Assembly: GCF_009914755.1 (NCBI RefSeq)
Contig: NC_060932.1
Direction: 5' to 3' (one strand)
From: the human T2T-CHM13v2.0 reference genome, Homo sapiens
Length of the DNA stretch: 64,000 nucleotides
Position numbers and translations under genes: made by a program. The notes under the pieces are model-generated. The model searched no databases. It saw only the letters and a program-made list of their open reading frames with translations, and had not been told where the DNA came from. Shown in pieces: positions 23,978 to 38,460 of the stretch (position 1 is its first letter; each line of letters starts with the position of its first letter).

Positions 23978-25924
23978 TGACAATCTGAATGGTGCAGAAG
24001 GAAATGGGATGCCATGCATGAGTCTAAGGAAGACTATGAGGAAGGAATACCACTGAACTAATTGAATGCGGAGAAGGAAGGAAACGATTCCATGCACATT
24101 AGTAATTTAGCGGTTGTTAGATTAATGAATCTCTGAGTGACAACCTCATACATTTATTCAACATGTATTTATTGGGTTCTCCTAAGTCTTTATGTATTTA
24201 TTAATGTGCAAAATCAGTAGATTTATGACAGGAAGTGACTTGTGCTCCAATTTCCAGAAAACATTCATTACTTCTTCCTGATGAAGCTGCTCAGTTAAAT
24301 AATATTAATTGTTCTTCCCCTGATGTTATACAAAAATTAAAATTGATAGAATACAGAACTTAAAAGACATTTTTACTTTACTTTTTGACATTATTCATTG
24401 TTTGTTGCTGATGAATGAAACCTCTTTTCGAGTGTGTGTTCCCTTTAATAGGCACTGGTAATTTATGTACTAAGATTTATTTCTGTATGGAAATTACAAG
24501 TGAAATTTCATATTGAATTTATATTTAGCCTGTTCTAGTACATAGTCTCTGCATAGTATATCCATGGCATCCTACTTAATATTACAGATTCTTTTATATT
24601 AGTGCTGCTACATGTGTATTCTCAAGCTTTTAATTGTACAATTATTACAAAAAGAGGTAAAAATATTTCCCCTACAAAATTGTTGCTGTTAATTTTTTCC
24701 TGTTTATTCATGGAGTATTCAAAGAAGAGCTGTGTGTTCATTACATTCCACAAGTTAGTCCATTCAGTTTGTTCAAAATATGAATTCTGATGTCCAGCAG
24801 TTAATATAAGATTTTGGCAGGCTATTAATAATGGCATACTCAATTTGTAGCTCTTTCATCCATGTAATTTTGGTGATGTATGCACTATGTTCCAGGGAAA
24901 GGAATAGTTCAAGATTAAAGAGGCAATCAGTGTATTGGTGCTTATTTTCAGTGTGTCAAAGCTGCTAAATGAAAGGGTGCAATTTCTACTTGTACAATTT
25001 CCACTTGTGCTGCTCAAAAACAAGCCATTGATATTAGACGTGTATCAAGCATACGTGGTTGCAGATGTAAATAATTAACATTAAAAACATTTTCTTCTTT
25101 AGTTGTGTATTTAGAACAGTGATACTTAGTTAATATCAACAGCTTATTTTTAGAATCTGAATTTTAAAAGTAGTGAAAATACTTCTAGTGATTAAAACAA
25201 TGTATGAAAAGAAAAAAATTAGTAGGCTATTTTAATATAATTAGTGAGTATGCTATTTTAACATAATTCAAAGATGCATTCCTATTTTAATTAAAGCTCA
25301 TTCAGTATGCAAGAATTCCAGTTTCCATTACTTCTTGCTGCTGCTGTCTGATCTTGTGTTTCTTGAGGGACACTTCTTTTATGAGCAATTCTTTTGCATT
25401 TGCACCCAGATTCCTTCACGTCCAAAGCAGTAGTTTAAAAGAGAAGGCTACATTTTTCCATTTTGGCCTGGAACTTAGATTTTTGTTCTGCTTACTTCTT
25501 CTTTAAGTATAGTGAATATATAAACTTGTAGGCACTCCTTTGCAGACAGACTTCAGAATCACATGTTCAGATGAATGTGGGAATGTAGGCAGAAATCAGA
25601 AACCTGATTGTGCTTCACCGCTTCAGACCCTGCCCTATGAGGCCCTCCTTGTAGAAGAAGAAATGGAACTGAACCAATAACTGAAGTGAAAAACCCTTCT
25701 GGAAACTGTATATATGAAAAGATTCCATTTAGATCCATTGAATTTTGCCTTTCATTTTCAAACTTGCAAATAGAAGCAGCATTTTAATATTTTTCAAGAG
25801 GGGGAAAAAAAAGAGCGTGGTTCCCTGGCCCTATTGTATCACTTCCATTTTGTCTGGAACTGATTTCATGCAGGAGATGCACTGGAATCAGCATGCAAAT
25901 TCTATGTGGCTGTTGTTCAGTCTG

Positions 25925-26745
25925 TTTTTGATTCATCGTGGTAAAATATGCATACCATGAAATTTGCTGTCTTAGCCATTGTTAGGCGTACAGTTTGGTA
26001 GTGTCAGATGTGTTCACATTGTTGTGAGAAAGAGCTCCAGACTTTGTCATCTTGCAAACATGAAACTCTGTACCCATTGAACAACAACTCCTGGTTTTCC
26101 CCACCCTCCAGTCCCTGGCAACCACCATTCTACTTTGTGTTTCTGTGAAACATCATATAAGTGGAATCATGCGTTATTTGTCTCATGTGACTGGCTTATT
26201 TCACTTAGCACAGTGCCCTCAAAGTTCACGTGTATTGCAACGTGCATCAGAATGTCCTTCATTTTTAAGACTGAATAATATTCCATTATATATACAGTCA
26301 TACGTCACTTAATGACAAGGATATGTTCTAAGAAATACGTCATTGGACCATTTCATCGCTGTACGAACATCATAGAGTGACTTAACACAAGCCTTGATGG
26401 TATAGCCAACTACACACCTAGGCTAATCGATAGAATCTTTTGCTCCTAGGCTACAAACTGTGCAAGTATGTTACTGTACTAAGTAGTATAGGCAATTGTA
26501 ACACAATCGTAAGTATTTATATATGTAAACATATCTAAACAGAGAAAAGGTACAGTAAAAATACAGTATTATAATCTTATGGGACCACTGTCATAGATGC
26601 AGTTTCCTGTTGACCAAAATGTCCTTATATGGCACGTGATGGTATATGCCATATTTTGTTTATCTCTTCTTGCATCAGTGAACACTTGGGTTACTTCCAC
26701 CTCTTAACCGGTTAATAATACTGATATGAACATGGGTATAACATT
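25925..26745 (-). mobile_element. L1MB 3' fragment, interrupted by Tigger3a
   Basis: GAAACTCTGTACCCATTGAACAACAACTCC...CCCTGGCAACCACCATTCTACTTT...CATATAAGTGGAATCAT...GACTGAATAATATTCCATT; resumes TATGCCATATTTTGTTTATC. Confidence 0.85.
26295..26642. mobile_element. Tigger3a (Golem/MER7-type) DNA transposon MITE
   Basis: TA-CAGTCATACGTCACTTAATGAC...TACACACCTAGGCTA...ATAATCTTATGGGACCAC...GGCACGTGATGG-TA. Confidence 0.85.
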
Positions 26746-27164
26746 CTAATTATGTTTTGTTCATCTGTGGTGGGTGTGAAAGTTAAACCAATGGAACCTT
26801 TTTTTAGTGAATTTAGTCAAATTTCTGAAAAACAAGAATTCCTATGGAAACATACTGATAAACATACTTTTCTTATTATATATTAAAAATGCTTGTAGGG
26901 AAAACCCAGCTTCTAATAGTACTCTGGGTTTGTGAAGATGCAGTAAGTGCTTGCTAGAGAGATGTTTTTAATCTAGAGAGCTAGAGCAGAGACTTAGAGT
27001 TCACTTGTTTCTTCTCTTTTTTTCAATCATTTATAAGATCTCTCATCTTAACTCATTAAAACTGGCTGATTGACTTTGATTACTGACACACCCAAACTAT
27101 TTCAAACCAGTTAGTTCAAAAATGCAGTTGCCTCTTTGAATTATTTATAAAAAGGATCTCATTA

Positions 27165-27548
<384 letters not shown>

Positions 27549-30127
27549 TTAAAGGTCCCTGTCCATATCCCCCTTTTGCAACTATTTAATCCCCAGCAAA
27601 GTCCTAGCCAGGATTTCCTGGTAAGAGTTTTTCTGCTCTGCGTTGTCAACAGACTATTTTCTCCAACTGAGCTCATGGAAGTAACCTAGTTTCTATCACT
27701 AGTGGGTCTCAGTCAGAAAAATATGAGTGTAGGTTATTGAAGTGTCAGGGTTGTGGTGGCCCTCTTGGCTGTGTGCTTACTGGGGATGAAGTACATGGTG
27801 GAATGAAGGCTCTTACTAGGGAGACTTCTGAGTTACTAGTTTCACCACACAGCTGTCTCACCCAGTATCTTGGAACTGTTTCTTGCTTCATGTGTGTGAA
27901 AAATATAGTAAATTTCCTGGTCATATTTTAGCATAATTAATTATACCAACTATTAATTTAATATTTTGTTTGATTTTTAGTTTCCAGGGTAAAACATTAA
28001 TTTTCTCTTTAATTTCCATTCTATAAGATTCCTATTGTTTTCAGCAAATAGGAGTTTCCTTCTCTGTAAGCATTGCTGACTCAAGACTATATAATGTTAG
28101 AAATAGAAAAAAGATGAGAACATGTTAGTATCAATAGCCTTTATTATTATAATCGGTATGGGCCTAACTTCTGCTAGCAACATTAAAAATCTTTTCTTTT
28201 ACTCTATCATTTAGTAACGGATTTTCTTTTGGTTGTGTCGAATAGAATTGTTTCCTTGATGTTCCTTGATAGAGAGTGTTCTCTTTAATATAGGAATACA
28301 GTAAAGAAAGCATCCACAGTTTGTGAGGCAGAGTTTAGTGCTGATGTGTACAGAAACTCAAGTGATATTTAGACAACTGAGTCCTTACTGGGAATCACTT
28401 AAGCCTTAAAACATCTCTGCCATTATGCTGCTTATTTTACATTGTTCTGGATAGATGCTCATTATCCACTTCTCATTCATGATGAGCATGGGATTGATAA
28501 GGGAGCTGACATGAAAATTATGGAGAAAAAATGCAAATAGCAAAAGATAGAATAAAGCATGTATACCTCATGATCATTTTCCCCATTGATATTGATTTGG
28601 ACTCACTCTTGATGTATCAGGTGTGTTCAATCTTTGGCAAACATTTAGGGTTTTCGTTTTTGCTGAGGTCCACTTGAACCCTGGAGCCCAAAAGAAGTAA
28701 CCAAAAATTTCTATAGCTTAGTAAATTCCATGTTCTAGAACTTTTCATGTGGACCTCAGAAAAAGGAAATAACCAAGAGTGCCGAAAGCTACATGTACTT
28801 TGAATTGTTCAGCATGTATAAAACCCAATGGCTAACCGTGTCTAGAAAGAAGGAGATAAGTAAAGTAAGATTGGAGCCTGGCGTTTGGAGTTCAGCAACT
28901 TTTCTCTGTTGTGCGCTGACATTTAAGTTAATAGAGTGATTTCTGGTGGATTTCTTTGAAACAAGACAGTTCATCTGAGATTTGGTTAAAAAATATTTCA
29001 TTACTTTGAGGAAGTGATTAGGGTTGGTCTTATTTAGTTGGGGCTTTCAAAATTGATAGTTTTGCCTGATGATATATGCTAAAACATTGAATTGTGAGTT
29101 TCCTAGCCAGACTGGACCCTAAGCCCATCATTTGGAAATAGTCTTTCTTATTTTTGTTATTCTTGTATTTATTAAAGAACATTGGACTAGTGAAAATTAC
29201 AAAAGAAAGGAAAATGACACAATACACTACATTCTGTTGTATCCCATTTCTATCTCATGGAATTATGTGTGTTTACCAAACTGATGTCTAGATGAACATT
29301 CAATTTCGTATCTTGCCATTTAAAATTTAACATCATGTGCATTTTTATGTCATTAAATGTCCAAACACCTGGAATTTTTACGTTTGATTTGTTATTGCTA
29401 AAAAGTACTTCTCTTGATTTTTAGGGGTTTTCACTTTTAATTAAAACATATTCTTGAAACTCCTTCTCTTCTCCTTGGCTAAACCTGTTATGCTACAGGA
29501 CTTCAGGATAACTTGAGCTGCTTTGGCTCTTTGATTAAGTGCAGATGTATTTAGGGTTTGAGGTGAAAGGGTTTTTAGGACAAATCGCATTCCAGTTTGA
29601 GGGAAAAAGAGAGAGAGGAAGTTTTGGAAGTTACAAATTCATTAAATTTTTGCTTCCACATGGAATCCACAACTTTTCCTTTTCCCTGGCTGCCTTTCTT
29701 TTCTTCATTGAGTTTTCCAGGCCTCTCTTCCTTCTGCACAGGCTCCAAAGAGAATGGCTGACTATAAGGGTTATTAGTGATATTTTGGGAGTTATTCCGT
29801 TCTTATCCACTCTCCCACCAACACACACACTCTCACACCTCCTCCCATCAAAGCTTGGGATCTCTGGGAACAGGGAAACATATCAAGATATTAGAAGATG
29901 TCAATGTTATATATGCAGAAATGGTGAAAAATCAATGAATTTAGTAAGTTAAATTTGTTTGGGTAGCATTTTAAAAATATTTAAGTACTTTGACATATGT
30001 TACCCCCTAATACACAGAGGGTGCTCAGACAGCATTTGCTACAGGAGTGAACCCTGGCCAAAGCTGTTTTAACCAAGGGACAGTGGAAGCCCAGAGAGGT
30101 TCGTTGGTTTGCTTAAAATCACACATC

Positions 30128-30264
30128 CATGGGTAAGCAAGGTGATGGATAATCAGCTCAATTGAGTCAGTTTACATTGTATACACATAACAAAGCATCA
30201 TGTTGTGCCCTGTAAATGTATAGAATTATGATTTGTCAGTTAAAAATAATATTAATAAAGTAAA
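30128..30264 (+). mobile_element. Short L1MA 3' end inserted into an antisense MIR, with 14-bp TSD
   Basis: GGTGATGGAT...CATCATGTTGTGCCCTGTAAATGTATAGAATT...A-rich tail; TAAAATCACACATC at 30114-30127 and 30265-30278. Confidence 0.8.
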
Positions 30265-31317
30265 TAAAATCACACATCTCACATTGAGAGGAGGGCAGCC
30301 TAGACCCAGATTTCTGTTAGCCCCAAGAATTGAGGCATATATGGGAGACTAGCAGACAACACACATAGGAAACTTTTGCCACTTAATTATTATTCTTTTT
30401 CTCAAGACCACTATATTCATTTGGGTTTGTTCTTATGCTTTTTTTTTTTTTTAGCAAATTAAAAAAAAATTATCCTTGAATGATTCTAGGTTAGCTTTTT
30501 GACTAATGGATGTTGGAAGGAGCTCAGTGACAAAGGCCAGGGATTATTTTGCTTTTCCTCACCTCTTCCTTTGTTCCTCCTCATCATATTACAACCTTCT
30601 GCTTCAGGATTCCTTCTGCTTTTTAGCAGGATTGACATGCTGGGCCTTACCCGGAAAGGCAAAGGCTGATTTGATTAGGGAGGTCTTTGTTCCAGGTATC
30701 TCGCATCAGAGAGCCTTCATAACAAATGAGAGGAATGGATTAGAAGTTTCCTGGGGATAATTTTTTGTCTACCCTTTAAGGGAAATCTTGCCTTCATTAA
30801 TTACATCTCAAATGGAATATGTGGAATATAGACATTTTCATAATCAACAAGGTGATTTTCATTTTAAAATGCTTAAAAAATGTTAAGCAGCATGTATGCA
30901 CGCACACACATGCAACCAATTTCTTGCACCTTTTTCTTGTTTTAATTCTTAAAATATGAATTTTTAAATATAAGGAAAATCCTAAAAGCAGAAACTAATA
31001 AATACTAATAAAATGTTAATTACATTGATTAAATCATTAGTATTTTAAGATGGGCCCCTGAAATGTCTCCATAAATAAGCTTAATGTGCTTTCATTTAAA
31101 CAACAATTCAGTTAGTAAATTCAATAAAAAGCAAACTAATGTGACATAAACATATTTATGTGATTAGAAAATCATTATATCCACTTTAAGTGAAAAGAAA
31201 AAGTCTTCATTTTTGTGTTACTTTTCCAAACCTCCTTTTGGCACTGAATTGTACTTTATGGGGGTGTCTTGTCATTTTTTTCTAAATTAACTACACCTCT
31301 GCTTGCCTGGAAACTAG

Positions 31318-31652
<335 letters not shown>

Positions 31653-34089
31653 TTCATCTTCTACTTTTTTTATTTTTAAATATTTTTTATTCACTATTGC
31701 TGACATCACTCTCCTACCTACTCGGTATTCTTTCATTATGAGAATCTCCCACATGAAAAATAGTGGCACCTCTGGAACTCCCAAATTCTAGTTTAGACAG
31801 ATTAATCCACATTTATGTTACTATTTATAACAGCACAACTCTGTAAATAAATCCAAATGTCCATGATTTATTGGTTACATGTTATGATATTCTGTAGAAT
31901 GGATATTATTGTAGCCAAAAAATTAATTTACATAGGTACACAGATGATGACATGGTAAGCTTTCTTTAATTAGAAAATGTTTCTTTCATTTAATATCTTT
32001 CATCTTAAGATCAAAAACAATCTTGCAATATTGACCTTACAGCACTGTTCTTCTGTTATCCTCATTAAAATAATATCAATAACAATAATAGTAATAATGG
32101 CCATTGTTGTTGTTATGTTCTCTGAGGCATTTAGCTCAGAGAATGTTGAGAAAAAAACCTGACAAAGTACTTAAATATTCTTGATGCCATCTCTCTCACT
32201 CTTCATAGGTTGTGGATATAAAGAACTCTGTTTTTTTCATTTTTTATAAGCCACAAACAATGAAGTAATCATTTCTTTGTTAAAACAAGAATGTGCAGAT
32301 TATTCTCACTGAAAAGTTAAAATTGAGTTGTATTTAAGAATAAGCATCTAGTCTTGACCATAGTGTTTATGCCTATAATTAAAACAAACCAAAGCCAAAA
32401 ACATATCTTTCAAATGGTTTGGTGTCACACCACAAAGCGAGTTATTTTAAAGCCATTGGAGGATTCTAGCAACTGAGCAAATACCGCTGATCTAGTCAAT
32501 ATCAATTGATAATGTATTATATGAAGGAAAGTAAAATCTCTTTCAAAACTTTATACATGTTTCAATTCAGTTAATTATGTAATAATAGAAATGGCACTAT
32601 CGTATAAGAGGGTAGATGATATAATTTATAGATCATTTTATCACTTAAAGCACCTCTAAGTGTAGAAATAGAATCATAGAACCTCATATTCAAAAGCCTT
32701 TCTGTTTATCTATAGTGGAATCGATTAAATCATATTTGTGTAATAAATGACAGTCATAACAAATACAGTAATTAAAATACAGTTGTTTTACAAATCACTG
32801 TCTTCCACTCTTTCCACTTCCAGCATTTTCTTTTGATGGGTTAGAAGATTAAATAGCAAGTTGTAATTTTAAGTTATGGCTCTTTGACAGTGGAAAATGG
32901 ATTAAAAAAACACACAACAACCTACTAAGTCTTGTAGTTTCTTCCATGTGGTCTTTTCTTATCTAGAGATAGTAAGTCAGGCATCTACAGGAAAAGAATC
33001 CACTCTAGTGAATTCGTGCCTGCCTTTGAACTGTGAAAATCCTTTGCATTGCCCCACATTTCTAAAGACCCATGAATTGTGCAGTCAGCTAGAAATATCC
33101 TGTTTCAAAATTGAGATTACGTGACACTGCCCTAGAATGACACTTGAGCTGAATGCTCTTGTCCACTGCTGTAGGGTACACATGAAACCTTTTACTTAGA
33201 AATTTAAGGTTCTTCATGTGGCTGGAAAAATGCCACAACATGACTTTTATCAGGCTAAAATTTACTGTGTCATGACGAAAATTGAATAAAGTAATCTTGA
33301 CTCATTTTAATTTATTTCACCTATGTCTGACTCCAGCTTTATCCTAATATACAGGACAAAAGTTATTTCCATAGGAGCATCTATTATTTGCCTCTATTTC
33401 TAACCCTGTACAGGTATGTTAGAAACACTGAACATAATTTTATATATGTCTTTGTCTCATCAATACAGTGCAGTTTTATTTTTTAACTGAAGAATTCGTG
33501 TTTTGACATATAAGGGGTTACCAGAGCTATCCAATTTTATTTTATGAAACAAAATTGTAATTATTCAAAGTACAAGACATGAACAGAAAATAAAAAGTAA
33601 TGTTTAATTCATGTAAGAAAGCATAACTGAAGCTCATTAGTCAAACTAAAAAGCTCATGAAATTTCTCACCTGAATCTTTCCTCACCCTGGGCAGAGACT
33701 TCCTTTCAATTTGTGCTCAATTTTAGGCAACATTTAAGGATCTGAATAGGCAAAGAGTGAGAGCAATGATTGTAAATGTGTTGTTTTAAAAGGTTTCTCC
33801 ACTAAATTGGTATATGACAACTGAAAAAAACCTTGGGACAATGTCATTCAGACCACAGGAAAGTGCTTGAATATGTTCTCTGATGCTCTTTTTAGAGCAG
33901 CTGATATAAAAAGCAAAGAATTTTATGTCCAAAAGACTTAGGCAAAATATCCGAACGGAATGCTGAATGCATGGCTTTTCAATTTATCACAGTTTATAGA
34001 CACTTTACATCTATAGTAGTAATTTAATTTAATTTCTTAGAATTATGGAAAGAACAAATGGTATCATTTAGTATAAATGGTTCTCTGCT

Positions 34090-34235
34090 CCCCTCACCTC
34101 CGGAGTTTTAAAGATGGTAAAACTAGGACTCAGAGATGTGAAGTGGCTCACCCTTGATCACACAAGGAGACAGTGATATATTTTGGTTGAGCCCAAGTCT
34201 CCTTCTGAATCTAGAGCTATAGCTGTTAAACTAAG
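34090..34235 (-). mobile_element. MIR fragment
   Basis: TTTAAAGATGGTAAAACTAGGACTCAGAGATGTGAAGTGGCTCACCC...ATCACACA. Confidence 0.6.
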
Positions 34236-35769
34236 GTACTTCTCAATCATATCCATGGAGCAAGGATGTGAGAGTAGTTGGCTTTTGTATTATATGGGAT
34301 ACCACTGCAAAAAAGTAAGCATGACAGTTTCACCTTAGGGGTGAATTTCATGCTTTGCACCAGTTCAATACAATGATGAGAGAATGGCTCTCATGGTACT
34401 GAATTGGACACTGTACAAATTCATGGTGTTATTCATATTACTGGCCATAAAAAGAGCAAGATCACATTTATATATGTTCTGGTGAAAATTACTCTCCAGT
34501 GTTTCTGCTGTCACCTACCCAAACCAAGCTGTATATTTTTTTCTTGAGAATTTTGCATCCATACTGTTTCTTGTTTGGTTTGCACTGACAAAGAACATTC
34601 TTCCTCCACAGCACAGATCTAGTTATTTGCAAAAGATATTTTTAAAATTATAAGCAAATGTTGATTTAGACTCCTTACACATTAATTAAGAGAAGCACTT
34701 TTGTGGATGTTCTTTGGCTTAGTTCAAGACTTTGTCAATCTGACTTTTCATTAAGACTTTATTTATTATTTTCCCCAAAAAGTACTTGTTGCTCAGATTT
34801 GAATAAGAGTAGTTTACTTGTCTACAGATAAAAACACCTTGGCTGTATTCAAAGAGTAAAATATTTAATTCAAATTTTAGGCTATCTGAATTTTATCCTT
34901 TCTGCTTAGAAATGATAAACAAATATTTATTCTTTTATTGAGCAACAGCTATATTCCAGAATTGTTTTAAATGCTTGAGATTGGGGAATAGAGATAAGTG
35001 ATACTAGCTTGGTATGCACGTATATGGGTGACCAGGGGGATTGTTAGGAAGAGGAAGAAAGAGAACTATTACAAACACGCATTTATAAGGCAGCTTTTAA
35101 TCATCAGTAAAATATGGTAAAATATGTTAGTTTATTAATTATTTGATTAAACACATACTTTTTTGTATGTGAAATACTCAAGTTAATTTGTCTTGTTTAT
35201 TTGGCCTTGCTTGAATTTACTAAGTAAACAGAAATTTCTAGCCATTCTCAATTCAAATGACCACAAATTGAGAGAATCAGGAACACTTAGATACTTAGCC
35301 AACACTTTTCACTAACTTATTTAGGATATATGCCTGAGATCATGACAATAATAATAATCATGGTAAAAGTAGCAATTATTGTTATTTTAATAGTCATAAC
35401 AGATGAGTGTTGCCATGGAGGTCAGTATCACAACACAACCAAGTCCATCTGCCTCATTTTGATGTTTTAGTGGCCACCTAACTGATACCGTCTGGTGACA
35501 CTCAGGTCAGTGACTCCCGCTTTTTCTAAGGGATGGCCTCAGTGGTTTGGGGAAGGTGCCAAGGAAAGCTAACTGGGGACTTGCTCCTGATAAGTCAGTG
35601 ATCATGGACCACAACAGGTGGCCATGACCCCAGGGGGGCTTTGCACACTTGGAAAGGTGGAGTTGTGCAACATTTTGCTGTCTGGCTGCCACCTTCAGTG
35701 GCAGATCTATTGCCACTTGGGTTGTCTTTCTCATAATTATGTTCCGTATTTCTCAATATGACAGAAGTT

Positions 35770-35975
35770 TGTTAACCTAGTTTTAGTTCTAACTCTGCCA
35801 TTTACTGCTCATGTGACCCTTGGCAATCTGTTTAAATTTTAGCATTTTCATGTTTTTCCCACCTATAAAATTAATATACTTTTCTCAGGTTAGCTGTGAA
35901 GGTTAAATGAGATGATATATGTGAATAGGATTTTGTAAACTTTAACAACGGCTGACACTTACTCAATATTGGCTA
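35770..35975 (+). mobile_element. MIR fragment
   Basis: CTCTGCCATTTACTGCTCATGTGACCCTTGGCAA...GTGAAGGTTAAATGAGATGATATATGTGAA. Confidence 0.65.
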
Positions 35976-36685
35976 TGGTTTTATCAGATAGGCATGGATT
36001 GAGTTATGCAGCTTCTCTGTTCTCACCTTGTCCTTGGTGCCTGGGGAATGTCTAGTATTCGTAGTCAGTGCAGTCATCCCAGTTCCTGCAACGTGGTACT
36101 GATAGGAGGAACAACAATCAACATTTAAGTTTTGTCTAACTTGCCTAAGTTTCTTCCATTTACAGTAAGTGATGAGAAATGGGGTATAAGTGTGAGATTT
36201 ATGTCACTATTCAAGTGGGGATGGTTAAGTCAATTAATATTAAGTAATATTATTTAAATTAATTATTGTCTCCTTGACTCTAATGTAGGAATACATTATA
36301 TAAAAAGTAAAGATTTTGTCATCTCATCATCCACAGTGTTTTGCATGTGCTAGGTTCTTAGAAAATACTTTTTTAATGATTGGCTTTTGTGTTTACCTCA
36401 AGAGTATAGAGAGAGACTGAAAAATATGTAAAATTATGATAATCCTGAAGTTTAAGGTTCATGAATCAAATTTTCCTCTTCAAACAGGTGAATAATTTTG
36501 AAATTTATTAGTAAATATTTAAGTTGACTCTTTCCCAAATACTGCCTAACTTCTTTTCTTCTATAATTAAGTCAGATAATTTTAGGAAATTGGACAATTT
36601 AGTCATCTTTCTATAGCATGTACACTACAGATGACTATTAAATTATGATTCCTTCAGAATCTTTATTTTACAAGAATATAATTAA

Positions 36686-36982
36686 GCTTGGCTCAGTGGC
36701 TCATGCCTGTAATCCCAGCACTTTGGGAAGCTGAGCGGGGTGGATCACTTGAGCTCAGGAGTTTGAGACCAGCCTGAGCAACATGGGGAGATCCTGTCTC
36801 TACAAAATATACAAAAAATTAGCCAGGCATGGTGGCACATTCCTGTAGTCCCAGCTACTTGGGAGGCTGAGATAGGAGAATCACTTGAACCTGGGAGACG
36901 AGGTTGCACTGAGCTGAGATCATGCCACTGCACTCCAGCCTGGGTGACAGAGCCAGACCCTGTCTCAAAAAAAAAGAAAAAA
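36686..36982 (+). mobile_element. Alu (AluJb-like), full length
   Basis: GTGGCTCATGCCTGTAATCCCAGC...GATCACTTGAGCTCAGGAG...AGACCCTGTCTC-A tail. Confidence 0.93.
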
Positions 36983-38321
36983 ATTATTCAATCATTTATA
37001 TTTTCTGGAATTTTTTCTAAAATTTCTCCCAGATACTTTAAAAATACTCCTGCAAACAATTTCCACTTGCCTAGCAGGCCATTCAGACCACAGAACTAAA
37101 AGCAAAATTTATCAGCCTTTCCTTCCAATTTGCCATACCCCCACAAATCGCACTTATAAAGTCAAGAGTAAGCACATTTCTAACAAGGACCAAAACTTTT
37201 TTCTCACCAATGGCACTTTCCTATATCAAGTGTACCTAATCAGGCCTATCATTAAGAAACACAACCTTTGCTGTCCTCTGCTATATCACATCATCTTTTC
37301 AATTCAGATTCTATTTACAAAAATCCTCTAAACTCATTGGTTTTTCTACAATGGTTTTTGATCACATTATATTACTGACAAATGCTATTTTTATCTCCTA
37401 TATGGGTGAATCATGCATATTAACTCTTTCCTGGGATGATGGACATAAAAAATCTCCTTTAGAGATTTAATTACATTTAAATTATTTTCAAGTCAAGTAG
37501 AGTATAAATTCACATTTTACAACAGCCCATCATAGAAGTCTCACTGGATTTGTTTTCTTTCCGCTAATGTCCCAGGTCACCTATCTGAAATAAGCTACTT
37601 AAAAAGGACAGGGTGGGGAGATGGCAGAGAACTGTGCTGCAGGTTTGGGAAGCAAAGAAACAAATAATAATGTAAATGTCATCTGTGATCTAAGATTGCT
37701 ATCAGTATCAGATATTTTGGCTTTTGGTCCTCTAGCCTACCTAACATAGACTTTTTTTTTTCTATTCAAAAAAATATTACACTTGTAGGAAATGACTAGT
37801 GTTGACTTTCTCACTCTGAGTCCAATTACGGGTTCTTTAAACTGCTCATCGCTAGTATTATATGATGGTCAGCTTTAATGAGTGCTCAGAAGCACTCTCA
37901 TTATATACAAGGCTTTTGAAATAAGCTCCTGTCTCGATCAATTGCTTCACCTTCTTCAGAGCAATTAGCATAAGAATAAAGGAGGTTAAATTGGACTTCC
38001 GGGCTTTGGTGAAATTAATTAATACCACTTCACCGGTAAGGACAATAAGTAGATAACCATTTTCATTACTTTATGTGAAAGACAGATTATCACATGCACA
38101 GCACCCAGACTAGTACAAAAGTAACCCATGCTGAATGTGCTATCTTTTAAGTCCATGTATTATGAAAGATTTTTTTCCTGTAATTTTAATAGCTCAAAAA
38201 AAGTTTTAATTTATTGGTGACGAGCTGGGTAAAGGTTGGCCATTATATACTGGCAACTGCTTGGGTAGGATGTAAGTTGAAAAATATAAGAAAAAGAATG
38301 GCATTAAAAAAAAAGTAGCCT

Positions 38322-38460
38322 GACTGGGTGCTGTGCACTTGTAGTTCCAGCTACTCACTAGGAGGCTGAGGTGGGAGGATCGCTTGAGTCCAGGAGTTCG
38401 AGTCCAGCCTGGAAAATATAGCAAGACATCACCCCAAAATAAAATAAAAGGAAAAAGGAA
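38322..38460 (+). mobile_element. Free Alu monomer (FLAM-like)
   Basis: TGTAGTTCCAGCTACTC...GGAGGCTGAGGTGGGAGGATCGCTTGAG...CCAGCCTGG...ATAGCAAGAC then A-rich tail; single arm. Confidence 0.8.

Noticed and set aside
23833-24097. Poly-His and poly-Ser ORFs
   Set aside because: Artefacts of the (GAT)n microsatellite.
29539-29952. 137-aa ORF
   Set aside because: GTG start, low-complexity Phe/Leu bias, no recognisable family.
35420-35730. GC-richer patch with repeated TGCCAC/GTGGCA, CTCF- or NFI-like
   Set aside because: Spacing and 5' bases do not fit the CTCF or NFI consensus well; enhancer status cannot be judged from sequence alone.
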